Origin: an uncultured Haloferula sp.
Lineage (GTDB): Bacteria; Verrucomicrobiota; Verrucomicrobiia; Verrucomicrobiales; Akkermansiaceae
DNA length: 64,000 bases
Assembly (NCBI GenBank): GCA_965652295.1
Contig: CBFGTS010000001.1
Location: 224,001-288,000 of the forward strand
Direction of reading: 5' to 3'
Under the pieces are notes generated by a model, which was given only the letters and a program-made list of their open reading frames with translations, was not told the origin of the DNA and did not search any database. Positions 29,172 through 38,871 of the stretch are shown one piece after another. The position numbers and the translations under genes were made by a program. Position 1 is the first letter of the stretch. The number at the start of each line of letters is the position of its first letter.

Positions 29172-31478
29172 TCAGTTCATGCTCGGCAGCTCGGGCCGCT
29201 GGCTGGAGAGGGCGGACTTGAGCTTTTTGAGATCGACCGGCTTCGGGATGAGCTCGTCGGCCCCGAGAAGTTTCACTTCCTCGATGCGCTCCGGGCGGAC
29301 GTCGCCGGAGACGACGAAGATGGAGGTGAGCGTCTCGCAGCGGTTTGCCTGGAGGCTCTTGAGAATCTCGGTGCCGTCGAAGTCGGGCAGGTTGAGGTCG
29401 AGCAGAAGAATCTCGGGTTTGCAGCTGGAGAGGAGGTTGAGGGCTTCGCGGCCGGTGGCGGCTTGGAAAACCTGGGCTCCTTCGGCGGCGAGCAGGGTGG
29501 AGGTGGCGGTGCGGGCGGTTTCGTGATCCTCGACGAGCAGAATCCTGACGCCTTCGAGGGACAGCCGGGGCAGCTCGCGGGCGGGGCGGAGGTTCCGTTC
29601 GTGGATCGGGGAAAGATCGTCCTGGGGTTTCCGTTCCGCTTCTTGTGGCTCGGAGCCGGTGGTGAGAAGGGCGGCGGGAATGCGGACGGTGAAGGTGGAG
29701 CCGACGCCGACGAGGCTTTTCACCTCGAGCTTGCAGCCGAGGCTGTCGAGCAGGCGGCGGCAGATGGCGAGGCCGAGCCCGGCGCCCTTGTTGCGGTTCC
29801 GCTCGGGGTTCTGAAGCTGGAAGAACTCGTCGAAGATGCAGTCGATCTTGCTGCCGGGGATACCGACGCCGGTGTCGGCCACGCGCAGGGCGAGCCCGCC
29901 GTCCTCGAGCATTTCGCCGTGCAGGCGCACCTCGCCATGTTCGGTGAACTTGAGCGCGTTGCCCACGAGGTTGCTGATGACGCGGGTCAACTTGGTGCGG
30001 TCCGAGCGCATGCGCAGCGGGGTGGGTGGCAGCTCGACGCGGAGCTGGAGGCCTTTCTTTTCGGCAACGTGCGAAGACTGGCGGGCCTCCGCTTCGATCA
30101 GTTCGGTGAGGGAAAACTCGGTGATGTCGAGGTCGGTCACGCCGGTATCGAAGCGGGTCAGGTCGAGCACGTCGCTGACCAGATCGATCATGGAGCGGGC
30201 GTTGCTGCCGAGGTCGTGGGCGAGCTTGGGCACTTGGTGGAGGCGCTCGGGGTCGTCGGCGCAGCGTTCGATCAGCTCGGCGAGGAGCGAGATGGCGTTG
30301 GCCGGCGTGCGGACGTCGTGGGACACGGCGGCGAGGAAGCGGGACTTCTGCAGCGAGGCCTGCTCGGCAGCGGCCCGCTTTTCCTCAAGCTCCCGCTGGA
30401 ACCGGAGCGATTGCAGGGCGAGCGCGGCCTGGGCGGCGAGCCATTCGATCACGCGGAAATCGTCCTCGCTCCACCTCCGGGGGGTGTTGCTGAAGACTTC
30501 CAGAGCGGCGATGACCTTGCCCTGGTACCAGATGGGCGAGCCGAGGATGGCATGAAACGGCCGGCCGGCACCGGGCTTCGGAAGCTGGAGATCTGGGCGC
30601 TGGGCGACGTCTTCGAGGCTCGCGGTACGGCCACTCTCGTAGATGAGCGCGGCAAAGGTCTCGTCGAAGGAGATGTCCGGCGTGACCGCGCCGTGCAGGC
30701 CGAAGCCGGAGTCGCCACGCAGGTGCAATCGCCCGTCCCGGTTTTCCACCACGCAGGAGGCGTGGACGGCGTCGCCGAGGATCTGCAGGGCGGCGTCGCA
30801 GATGCCATTCATTACAACGGCCTCGCTCAGATCGCCGCGCAGCCAGCGGCCGGATTCGAGCAGGATCTGGAGGCCGCGTTCGCGCCGGCTGAGTTCTTCG
30901 TTGGCGTGCTGGAGGTCGGAACTCTGCTGCTCCATTTCCTCGGTCTGCTGGCGTAGTTCCTCGGACTGCTGCTCCAGCTCCTCGGCCTGGCACTGGAGTT
31001 CCTCGTTCTGCCGGCTGATCTCTTCCTCGCGGGCCGCAAGCTCCTCATTGCTGGCGGAGAGTTCCTCGTTGCCCGCTTCGAGCTCGGCATTGAGGTCGGA
31101 AAGCCTGCGGCCTTGGGTGACGAGGCGACGGCGGATGTTCAGAATGACGTGGAAGACGCCGGCGAAAACCCAGATGTCGAGGAGCTGGGTGGCGATGGCC
31201 ACGTTTTCCACCGACCGGGGAAGCGTCTGGTCGGGAATGACCTCGGTGATCTTGTAAACGGTGATCGCGCTGAGGAGCACGGCCATCCCGTAGAGCACGC
31301 GCAGGTCCCGGTTCCAGAGGCAGAGCAGCATCGGGAGGGCGGCGGAGAGGGGGAAGATGCGGTCGTCGAAGATGCTGATACGGGCCCAGATCATCAGGGC
31401 CGCAGCGACCAGGCAGGCGAGGAGCGATACGGGGAGGGAAACCGCGGCTGCAGGGCGGGGGTCGAAATCAGACTTCAT
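29172..31478 (-). CDS. Hybrid sensor histidine kinase (TM + coiled coil + GAF + HisKA + HATPase + REC)
   Basis: N-terminal TM helices; NEEL heptad coil; GAF-like segment; [35 protein letters not shown]-terminal REC (LVEDH, DLNLPD, KP). Confidence 0.92.
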   Translation of the reverse strand: MKSDFDPRPAAAVSLPVSLLACLVAAALMIWARISIFDDRIFPLSAALPMLLCLWNRDLRVLYGMAVLLSAITVYKITEVIPDQTLPRSVENVAIATQLLDIWVFAGVFHVILNIRRRLVTQGRRLSDLNAELEAGNEELSASNEELAAREEEISRQNEELQCQAEELEQQSEELRQQTEEMEQQSSDLQHANEELSRRERGLQILLESGRWLRGDLSEAVVMNGICDAALQILGDAVHASCVVENRDGRLHLRGDSGFGLHGAVTPDISFDETFAALIYESGRTASLEDVAQRPDLQLPKPGAGRPFHAILGSPIWYQGKVIAALEVFSNTPRRWSEDDFRVIEWLAAQAALALQSLRFQRELEEKRAAAEQASLQKSRFLAAVSHDVRTPANAISLLAELIERCADDPERLHQVPKLAHDLGSNARSMIDLVSDVLDLTRFDTGVTDLDITEFSLTELIEAEARQSSHVAEKKGLQLRVELPPTPLRMRSDRTKLTRVISNLVGNALKFTEHGEVRLHGEMLEDGGLALRVADTGVGIPGSKIDCIFDEFFQLQNPERNRNKGAGLGLAICRRLLDSLGCKLEVKSLVGVGSTFTVRIPAALLTTGSEPQEAERKPQDDLSPIHERNLRPARELPRLSLEGVRILLVEDHETARTATSTLLAAEGAQVFQAATGREALNLLSSCKPEILLLDLNLPDFDGTEILKSLQANRCETLTSIFVVSGDVRPERIEEVKLLGADELIPKPVDLKKLKSALSSQRPELPSMN

Positions 31479-32413
31479 GCGACAGGGGGTGAATCTTTGC
31501 GATAGACGCAGGGGGAAACCCGCTGCAGCCCGTCCACTTGGGGTTTTTCGGCTTTCCCCACGATCAGGAATCCGCCGGGGCGGAGGCAGGTTTCAAGCTG
31601 CAGCCAGAGCTGCTGGGCTTGGTGGGGATGCAGGTAGATGGCGAGATTGCGGCAGAGGATGAGGTCCCAGTCGGAGCCTTCCGGCTGGGCGAGCAGGTCG
31701 GCGAGTTTCCACTCCATGGCGGTGGCGATGGAAGGGTGGAGGCGGCAGTGCTTTTCATCACAGCGCAGAAAGCGCCCGACGAGGTCCGGGAGGAAAAGCT
31801 CTCGGGCTTCCGGGGGATAGATTCCTTCGGCTGCTTGGCGCAGGGCCGAGGGGCGGCAATCGGTGCCCAGAAACCGGCTGCGGTCCAACCCGCCATGTTT
31901 CGCAAACAACATGACCACGGAGGCCAGCTCGGAGCCATCGGAGCATGCGGCGCTCCAGACCCGCGGCTCGTCACGCTGCGTCAGGAGGGCGGGGATGACG
32001 GATTCATCGAGTTCGCGGAAGACGGACGTATCCCGGAAGAAGCTGGTGGTGCCGATCAGGAGCGCATTGACGGCGATCTGCAGCCGCTGGGGGTCGCCTG
32101 CCACCACCTGGTCCGCCGCTTCCTGGTCTTTGACCCGCAGCGCTCGCAAACAGGCGGGGATGCGGCGGATGAGCGGCGTGATCCGATAGCCCTCCGCCCG
32201 GATGCCGGCCAGGCGGAGCATGCGGCGGACGAAAGCGACGTCGGCCATCGGGTGCCGCTCCATTTCCTCGCCGGTGGGCACTCGGATCGGGCTGACGTGA
32301 TGGATCGGCCCGGTATCCACTCCGGCCGTCCGCTGCGGACGGGGCGAAGGTGCGCCACGGAAGGAAATGCCGCGGAAGCGTGGATCGAGCGGCGGCTGTT
32401 CCAAAGCAGTCAC
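31475..32413 (-). CDS. cheR: CheR-type protein-glutamate O-methyltransferase
   Basis: IGTTSFFRD, RVWSAACSDGSE, GTD, WDLILCRNLAIY, LRPGGFLIVGKAE. The GTG at 32413 is preceded by GAGGAG; alternative start 32263. Confidence 0.85.
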   Translation of the reverse strand: MTALEQPPLDPRFRGISFRGAPSPRPQRTAGVDTGPIHHVSPIRVPTGEEMERHPMADVAFVRRMLRLAGIRAEGYRITPLIRRIPACLRALRVKDQEAADQVVAGDPQRLQIAVNALLIGTTSFFRDTSVFRELDESVIPALLTQRDEPRVWSAACSDGSELASVVMLFAKHGGLDRSRFLGTDCRPSALRQAAEGIYPPEARELFLPDLVGRFLRCDEKHCRLHPSIATAMEWKLADLLAQPEGSDWDLILCRNLAIYLHPHQAQQLWLQLETCLRPGGFLIVGKAEKPQVDGLQRVSPCVYRKDSPPVA

Positions 32414-32610
32414 GTTCTCCTCGCCCCTGCCGGGTGAGGGCAGAGGGAGCGGAAGGGAGCTTTCCGGCCTGTGTTCGACGCGCACACGCTGTAGTAACGA
32501 GCGCTGCGGGGCTTTGTCAAAACCCTCGCTCCAAGCCTGCAAATTGCAGCGGCGGGACGACGGATGCGGCGGAAAGCGGGGCAGAACGCCCTGTTGGAGG
32601 ACCTCCTCGC

Positions 32611-33078
32611 TCAGCGAGTGGCGGTCTCCGTCTTTTGGCTTTCGGCGATCAGCTCCCGCAGCTTTTTCACCCAAGCCTCCGGGTCGTGACCGAACTCACC
32701 GAGGTCCTCGGAGAGTTTTCGACCCTCGGCATCGAGCAACCAGACGGTGGGATAGCCGCCGGCGAGGTAGTCCTTCTTGAGCTGCTTGTTCTGCGTCTTC
32801 AGTTCCGCCGGCTGTTCCGACTTCCGCGGGTAGTCCGCCTCCATCAGCACGAGGTGGTCTTTGGCGAAGTCACGGAAGGTGGCGGTTTCGAAGACGCTCT
32901 TTTCCAGCTTGATGCACCACGTGCACCAGTCGGAGCCGGTCAACAGGAGGAGGATCGGCTTTTCCGAAGTTTTTGATTCGGCCTTGGCGGCGGCCCAGTC
33001 GGTCATCCAGCCATCCGCGGCGGTGGCTGGCACGGCAGCGAGCATCAGGCCGCAGGCGGCGAGCAGGAGAGCTTTCAT
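32611..33078 (-). CDS. Secreted thioredoxin-family protein (CTWC)
   Basis: Signal peptide, LTGSDWCTWC, GYPT. Confidence 0.85.
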   Translation of the reverse strand: MKALLLAACGLMLAAVPATAADGWMTDWAAAKAESKTSEKPILLLLTGSDWCTWCIKLEKSVFETATFRDFAKDHLVLMEADYPRKSEQPAELKTQNKQLKKDYLAGGYPTVWLLDAEGRKLSEDLGEFGHDPEAWVKKLRELIAESQKTETATR

Positions 33079-33080
33079 GA

Positions 33081-33539
33081 TCAATCCAGCGCGGCGCGCT
33101 CCGAAACTTTGTCGAGGTGGGCCAGAAACTCATCCACCGAGGGGTATTCGGAGGCGTAGAACCGCGACAGTTCCTTGCCTCCGGCATTGAAGATGATGAC
33201 CGTCGGGAAACCCTCGATCTCGTATTTCTCGGCGTAGGGCTGGTGCTTTTTGGCGAGCGCCTCGTCGCCGCGCGGGAAATCCAGTTCGACCAGGATGAAA
33301 TCTTCCGACGCCTTGCTGACGAACTCGTCCTTGGTGAAGACGTTCTTGCGCATCATCTTGCAGGGCGGGCACCAGTCGGATCCGGTGAACTCGACGAGCA
33401 CCGCCTTGTCCTTGGCCTTCGCGTCCTTGAACGCCTGTTCGAGATCGGCCGTCCAGCCCTTGGGGATGTTCGCCAGCGCGGTGCTGACCATGGCGGAACC
33501 CGCGAGGGCAAAGGAGGCAAGGTAGGTGATCGCTTTCAT
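33081..33539 (-). CDS. Secreted thioredoxin-family protein (CPPC)
   Basis: Signal peptide, FTGSDWCPPC, GFPT. Confidence 0.88.
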   Translation of the reverse strand: MKAITYLASFALAGSAMVSTALANIPKGWTADLEQAFKDAKAKDKAVLVEFTGSDWCPPCKMMRKNVFTKDEFVSKASEDFILVELDFPRGDEALAKKHQPYAEKYEIEGFPTVIIFNAGGKELSRFYASEYPSVDEFLAHLDKVSERAALD

Positions 33540-33650
33540 CGGTCCATAGGCGTAGGCGAGGATCGGATTATTTCAAATTTCTAGCGACATCCGTTCAGAA
33601 CGGACCGCAGGGGCTTGCCGGCAAGGCGCAAACCGGGTGATCTGACCGCG

Positions 33651-34253
33651 ATGACGACGAGCAAACCCCGATTGGTGGTGGCGACGCGGAACGCGCACAA
33701 AACGGAGGAGATCCGCCAGATGGTCGGCGACCGCTACGAGGTCCTGAACGCGAACGATTTCCCCGATCTGCCCGAGGTGGAGGAAACAGGCACGACCTTT
33801 TTGGAAAACGCGACGCTCAAGGCGCTGGCGGTCAGCCGCGAGGTGGCGGGCCTGGTGCTTTCCGACGACTCGGGACTCGAAGTCGATGCCCTCGGCGGTC
33901 GCCCCGGCGTGTGGTCGAGCTCCTTTGGCGGCGAGGAGGGCAATCACGCCAGGAACAATGCCCGGATGGCGGAGGAAATGGCGGGGGTCGAGGACCGTGC
34001 GGCGCGTTTCCGCTGCGTGATGGTGCTGGCCCGGGATGGGCAGCCGCTTGCGGATTTCTCCGGCGCGGTCGAGGGCCGCATCCTGCCGGAGATGAGGGGG
34101 GAGGACGGATTCGGATACGATCCGTTTTTTGCCCCGGAAGGACACGATCAGAGCTTTGCCGAGCTCGGTCCGGAGGTGAAAAACCAGCTCAGCCACCGGG
34201 CGCGGGCGCTGGCACAAGTCGTGGAATTCCTCGACTCGCGACCAGATGCTTAA
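33651..34253 (+). CDS. rdgB: Non-canonical purine NTP pyrophosphatase (RdgB/HAM1)
   Basis: ATRNAHK, E.G.TF.ENA..KA, DDSGLEVDAL, GFGYDPFF, SHRARA. Confidence 0.95.
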   Translation: MTTSKPRLVVATRNAHKTEEIRQMVGDRYEVLNANDFPDLPEVEETGTTFLENATLKALAVSREVAGLVLSDDSGLEVDALGGRPGVWSSSFGGEEGNHARNNARMAEEMAGVEDRAARFRCVMVLARDGQPLADFSGAVEGRILPEMRGEDGFGYDPFFAPEGHDQSFAELGPEVKNQLSHRARALAQVVEFLDSRPDA

Positions 34254-34304
34254 GTTTTAAAAACATTTTGAACTTTTTAACCAAATCGACTAAAAGCGGC
34301 AGCG

Positions 34305-34823
34305 ATGAAAGCTTTGAACGCGTCTGCGATGGCGGTTTTGTTCTTGTTGGCCTTGGTTTCCTGCGGCCGGCAGGTGAAAGCGCGGCATGAGGTGTCCTAT
34401 CATTTCGAGCGGGGCCGGACGGCTCTCCTGAGGAATGGTCTGGCGTATCCGCCGCCGGGAGCACCGGACGCGGTGAAACACGCGATCCAGGCTGGCAACC
34501 GCTTGCAGACGAAGCCGTACAAGTGGGGCGGCGGCCATGCGGTGCTGAACGACACCGGATACGATTGCTCCGGTTCGGTTTCGTACGTGCTGCGGGAAGC
34601 GGGCTTGATGAAAGGCCAGATGCCTTCGAGCGGATTTTTCAGCTACGGCAAGAAGGGGGCGGGCGACTGGATCACGGTCTATGTGCGCCATGGTCACGTT
34701 TTCATGACCGTCGCCGGTCTGCGGCTCGATACGGGCTACGGTGGAGGCCGTACCGGCCCTCGTTGGAAGCCGATGCCGCGGCCCTCCAGCGGCCACGTGA
34801 TGCGCCACCCGGCGGGCTACTGA
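34305..34823 (+). CDS. NlpC/P60-like lipoprotein (peptidoglycan endopeptidase)
   Basis: Lipobox LVSC; PYKWGGGH, GYDCSG, HVFM. Confidence 0.82.
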   Translation: MKALNASAMAVLFLLALVSCGRQVKARHEVSYHFERGRTALLRNGLAYPPPGAPDAVKHAIQAGNRLQTKPYKWGGGHAVLNDTGYDCSGSVSYVLREAGLMKGQMPSSGFFSYGKKGAGDWITVYVRHGHVFMTVAGLRLDTGYGGGRTGPRWKPMPRPSSGHVMRHPAGY

Positions 34824-35506
34824 GGGGACTCCGTCTCGCCCAAGAGATCCGGGCGGTTGGCGCGGGTGCGTTCGAGGGCCTGCTGCTTTTTCCACGCGAT
34901 GATCTTCGCGTGGTGGCCGGAGAGAAGTACGTCGGGGACCTTGAGGCCGCGGAAATCGGCCGGCTTGGTGTAGGCCGGAGCTTCGAGCAGGTTGGGATCG
35001 GAAAACGACTCGTCCTCCGGCGAGCGTTCGTCGCCGAGCGCGCCGGGCAGGAGGCGCACGATGGCGTCGGTGACGACGGCCGCGGCGATCGCGCCGTTGG
35101 TGAGGACGTAGTCGCCGATGGAGAGTTCGAGGTCGATGAGTTGCTCGATAACCCGGTGATCAACGCCTTCGTAGTGGCCGCAGACGATGAGCAGGTGGGT
35201 TTCCTCCGAAAGCTCCCGGGCGACGGCCTGCTTGAACGGTTTTCCCTGGGGGGTCATCAGGATGACCTTGGTTTCCGGGCGTTTGAGTTCTCCGATGGCA
35301 TCGAAAAGCGGGCCGGGAAGCAGGAGCATGCCTTGGCCGCCGCCGCAGAGGTAATCGTCGGTGCGGCGGTGCTTGTCCTTCGCCCAATCGCGGAGGTTAT
35401 GCGCGCGGATGGCGGCGATCCCCGCCTCTTGGGCGCGCTTGATGATGCTCTCGCCCAGCGGGGCGAGCGCGATTTCGGGGAAGAGGGTGAGGATGTCGAT
35501 TTCCAT
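34817..35506 (-). CDS. trmD: tRNA (guanine37-N1)-methyltransferase
   Basis: ILTLFPE, GGG.GM, CGHYEGVDHR, SIGDYVLTNG, VPDVLLSGHH. Confidence 0.97.
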   Translation of the reverse strand: MEIDILTLFPEIALAPLGESIIKRAQEAGIAAIRAHNLRDWAKDKHRRTDDYLCGGGQGMLLLPGPLFDAIGELKRPETKVILMTPQGKPFKQAVARELSEETHLLIVCGHYEGVDHRVIEQLIDLELSIGDYVLTNGAIAAAVVTDAIVRLLPGALGDERSPEDESFSDPNLLEAPAYTKPADFRGLKVPDVLLSGHHAKIIAWKKQQALERTRANRPDLLGETESPQ

Positions 35507-35564
35507 CGGGGAGAGCAGATTCAAATGGCGGCTTGCCGGACATGTCCAGCGGCTGCTCGGCAAG

Positions 35565-36773
35565 CTAGCGCTGGAAGAGAAGGAACAGAACTGCCAGGAC
35601 GATGAGCGAGAGCAGAACAACGAGGGCCACCTTCCACGGGGAAATCGGGAACTTGGCGTAGGTCTGGCCGGTGACGGCGTTGGCGGCTCCGTGGTAGGGT
35701 TTTCCTCGATACTGATAGGCGAGGATCCAGATGGGGCAGAGGATGTGCTTGAAGGTTTTGGCTGAATACTCCGGGTGGATGCGGAGGTTGCGGTAGGTGT
35801 CGCCGGGGACTTCGCGGCCGCACATTTCGCGCAGCAGTCCCTCCATGATGCCGAAACCGGTGCGGGCTCCTTGGAGAAGCGGGACCTGGTATTGCTCGAC
35901 GGCCCAGCCGGAGACGTAGCGGGTTTCGTAAGGTACGAGATCCTTTGTAGGAAAGGGTTCGAGGCGGCTGAGGATGCCGGGATCGAGGCCCTTGGAGGCG
36001 GTGACGAGGATGTCGTCGAACCAGGTGGAGACGTGGCCGCTGGCGGGCCGCCAGCGGATGCGGCGCTCCTGGCGGGTGACGGTGCGGCCCTGGGAGTCGC
36101 GGTCGGTGACGGTGACGTAGTAGTAGGTGCCGCTCTCGGCGGTCCAGGGGCACTCGGCGGCGCTGTCGAAGGTCCAGTAGGGGAGGTAAACGCCGTGGAT
36201 GCGATCGACGAGGTTGCGCTTCTTGAGGTCGCCCGGCGCGAACCACTTGGAGGCGAGGAACTGCTTCAGTGCATGGTAGGCCTGTTCCTTGGAAACGATG
36301 GCGGGGAGGAGCGATTCGGGGCGGACGGGTGCCTCGATTTCCTCGTAGTCGAGCATCTCGGGCGAGCCGCAGAAATCGCAGCTCTGGCCGACGTTGGCGG
36401 CATCGCGGGTGAGGACGGCATGGCAGTGGGTGCACTGGACCTTGCGTTCGGCGGTGCGGACGGTGGTGCCGGCCTCGCCGAGGCGGGCAAGCATGGCGTC
36501 GAGGTCGTGCTCGGTGATGTCCGGCAGCGGTGGCGGGGCGACGCGCTCGAACTCGGTGCCGCAGTAGGGGCAGACGAGCTTGCGTTTGCCGGGATCCCAT
36601 TCGCCCTTGCCGCCGCACTCGGGGCAGACGTGGCGTTCGAGCGAGCGCACCTCGGCCGCCGCTCCCCGGAGGTTCGGGAGCGGGGGCGGGATCTTGCGTT
36701 TTTCGACAACGAGGGGCGCGGTGGGTTCGTCCGCGTCTTCGGAGTCAGGGAAGGGTGGGGGCTCTGGGGCCAT
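35565..36773 (-). CDS. Multi-zinc-ribbon protein with C-terminal TM anchor
   Basis: Four CxxC pairs (CPEC, CPYC, CTHC, CDFC), GVYLPYWTFD, NAVTG and a C-terminal TM helix; this architecture usually accompanies SPFH genes. Confidence 0.8.
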   Translation of the reverse strand: MAPEPPPFPDSEDADEPTAPLVVEKRKIPPPLPNLRGAAAEVRSLERHVCPECGGKGEWDPGKRKLVCPYCGTEFERVAPPPLPDITEHDLDAMLARLGEAGTTVRTAERKVQCTHCHAVLTRDAANVGQSCDFCGSPEMLDYEEIEAPVRPESLLPAIVSKEQAYHALKQFLASKWFAPGDLKKRNLVDRIHGVYLPYWTFDSAAECPWTAESGTYYYVTVTDRDSQGRTVTRQERRIRWRPASGHVSTWFDDILVTASKGLDPGILSRLEPFPTKDLVPYETRYVSGWAVEQYQVPLLQGARTGFGIMEGLLREMCGREVPGDTYRNLRIHPEYSAKTFKHILCPIWILAYQYRGKPYHGAANAVTGQTYAKFPISPWKVALVVLLSLIVLAVLFLLFQR

Positions 36774-36829
36774 GACGGGCTCGTGCGTTCATGACCGAGA
36801 CGGTCATGCCACTGGCAGGGGCGTGCCCT

Positions 36830-37900
36830 TTACTGGGCGAGGAACTCGTCGAGGGCGAAGCGGGTAATGCGGTGGACGGAGCCAATTTTTTTGGCGGGCA
36901 GGTTACCGGCTTCGATTTCGGCCATCACGTCGGCCTCGCTGACGCCGAGCATGCGGGCGACAGTGGCGGGGTCGAGAATGTCCGGGCTTTGCGCCACGGG
37001 TGCGGCGGCGGCACCGGGTTGGCCGGGCAGGGGAGGGGGGGAGCCGGCCATACCGGAGGATTTCATCATTTCCTGCGCCATGGCGAAACCGATGGCCATC
37101 TCGCTGGCCATGCCGGCGGCACCTCCGCCTTCGCCGGCGGCCATGCCCTGGCCCATCTGGTATTTGACGTAGTCGTTGAGGTTGCCGATCGCCGACATGG
37201 CGGAGCGTTTGTCGATGGCTTCCTCGACTTCGGGCGGGACGCTGACGTTCTCGACGATGAACGAGGCGACCTCGATGCCGTATTTGGTGGAAATGGCGGG
37301 GTTGATCAGCGGCAGCAGGGCGTCGCCGAGTTCCGAGTAACGGGTGGCGACGTCGAGAACCGGGACGTGGGCCTGGGCGAGGGCTTCGGAAAAGATGCTG
37401 ACGATGCGCGAGCGCATGGTGTCGGCGAACTCGTTGACCCGGAAATCGTGGTCGGAGCCGGCGACCTCCTTGAGGAAGGTCTGCACGTTGACGACCCGGA
37501 AATCGTAGGTGCCGAAGGCGCGGGCGCGGACGATGCCGAAGTCGGGATCGCGCAGCATGATGGGATTGGAGGTGCCCCATTTGTTGCCGGTGAACAGGCG
37601 GGTGTTGACGAAATAAACGTCGGCCTTGAAGGGCGATTGGAAGCCGTATTTCCAGCCCTTGAGGCGGGTCAGGACGGGAATGTTCTCCGTGGTCAGCGTG
37701 TGCTTGCCCGGCCCGAAGGTGTCGCCGAACTGGCCGAGGTAGACGAACTGGACGGTCTGGCTTTCGCGGCAGATGAGCTGGGCGCCGTTCTTGATCGCCT
37801 TGTCGTCGTCGGGGAAACGCCAGGCGATGGTGTCGCGCGAATCGTCCTGCCACTCGATGATTTCAAGCAGCTCGCCTTTGATGAAGTCCATGATGCCCAT
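36830..37900 (-). CDS. SPFH (YdjI-like) domain protein with C-terminal excisionase-like HTH
   Basis: IIEW, GAQL..RESQ, FGPG.HTL.T.NIP, SPFKADVYF, WGT.NP..RD..FG.VR.RAFG; the tail LDPATVARMLGVSE..V...IEAGNLPAKKIG..HRI fits HTH_17. Confidence 0.85.
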   Translation of the reverse strand: MGIMDFIKGELLEIIEWQDDSRDTIAWRFPDDDKAIKNGAQLICRESQTVQFVYLGQFGDTFGPGKHTLTTENIPVLTRLKGWKYGFQSPFKADVYFVNTRLFTGNKWGTSNPIMLRDPDFGIVRARAFGTYDFRVVNVQTFLKEVAGSDHDFRVNEFADTMRSRIVSIFSEALAQAHVPVLDVATRYSELGDALLPLINPAISTKYGIEVASFIVENVSVPPEVEEAIDKRSAMSAIGNLNDYVKYQMGQGMAAGEGGGAAGMASEMAIGFAMAQEMMKSSGMAGSPPPLPGQPGAAAAPVAQSPDILDPATVARMLGVSEADVMAEIEAGNLPAKKIGSVHRITRFALDEFLAQ

Positions 37901-38104
37901 AGTCGTGATCGGTTGAGGTTGTCGGCATCTTTCGCTGTCGGGCGCGGGTGGGGCAATGAGAAATCCACCGTGGAACGCGGTGTGCGGGAAAGCCATGGAG
38001 CCCGTTTCGTGCAGAGTGAGGAAGCGTAGGTGGCGTGAAGGAGGCGATGAATGCCCGAATGTGATTTACTATGTTAGGAAACGTTGCTTTCCTCCGTGGG
38101 CAAA

Positions 38105-38848
38105 ATGAAGACGATCTCCAAATTCGCTGGGACGCTCGCCGTGCTGCTATGGGTCGGAGCGGCAGCCGTGGCACAGGATGTCATGGAACTCACCGACAAA
38201 AACGGAGCCGGCATCAAGGTGAAGGTGGAAGCCTGCGACGGAGTTCAGGTGGAGGTGACGCGGGTGACGGACAGCAAGGCATTTACCATTCCCCTGAGCC
38301 GTCTCGACGAGGCATCGGTCAAGCAGCTTCAAACCTGGCAGGCGAAGGGCGGGGGCTTGATCAAGCGTCTGGACATCGATGTCAGCACCGGCAAGACCAC
38401 CCGTAACAAGGCGGGGGACGACTTCGACGACAAGCGGGTAAACCTGGATCCGGTGGTGACGCTGAGCAACCCGCATTTGTCGATGAGGTCCTGCTCCTGC
38501 AAGATGACCGTGGTGTTCTATGGCCGGCCGATCGTCGATCGGAGCGCGATGCACATTTTCAAAACGGCCACCTTCGATGTGCCGGAACTCGGCCCCGGCG
38601 AGGCGAAGGAATTCAAGGTGGGCAAGATCTCCTCGGCCTACGACAACCGTGGCTATGCGAAATTCGGTGCCCGGTACGGCGGCTATGCCGTGGTCGTGCA
38701 TGACCCTGCGGGGGAATTCACCTACTCGTCGAAGTCCGTTCCCTCAGCGCTCGTCGAGGGACAGGAGCTGCTCTTTCTGAAGCTCAAGACGGGAAAGGAC
38801 TACGACAAGAGTTTCGAAGAGCTCGACCTGCCGCGCTACGAATACTAA
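38105..38848 (+). CDS. Hypothetical secreted protein with SHD1-like N-terminal domain
   Basis: Signal peptide; LTDKNG..I.V......V......FTIPLSRLDEAS...L..W. Confidence 0.65.
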   Translation: MKTISKFAGTLAVLLWVGAAAVAQDVMELTDKNGAGIKVKVEACDGVQVEVTRVTDSKAFTIPLSRLDEASVKQLQTWQAKGGGLIKRLDIDVSTGKTTRNKAGDDFDDKRVNLDPVVTLSNPHLSMRSCSCKMTVVFYGRPIVDRSAMHIFKTATFDVPELGPGEAKEFKVGKISSAYDNRGYAKFGARYGGYAVVVHDPAGEFTYSSKSVPSALVEGQELLFLKLKTGKDYDKSFEELDLPRYEY

Positions 38849-38871
38849 CGAAGCGTCACCGGCGGCGAGGT

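Noticed and set aside
32470..32488. TGTTC-GACGC-GCACA upstream of cheR as a second LexA box
   Set aside because: Wrong spacer length and a mismatched right half-site.
38076..38093. AGGAAA-CGTTGC-TTTCCT inverted repeat in the SPFH/hypothetical divergent spacer
   Set aside because: Only a 6-bp stem and a partial match to the araA motif; too weak to call.
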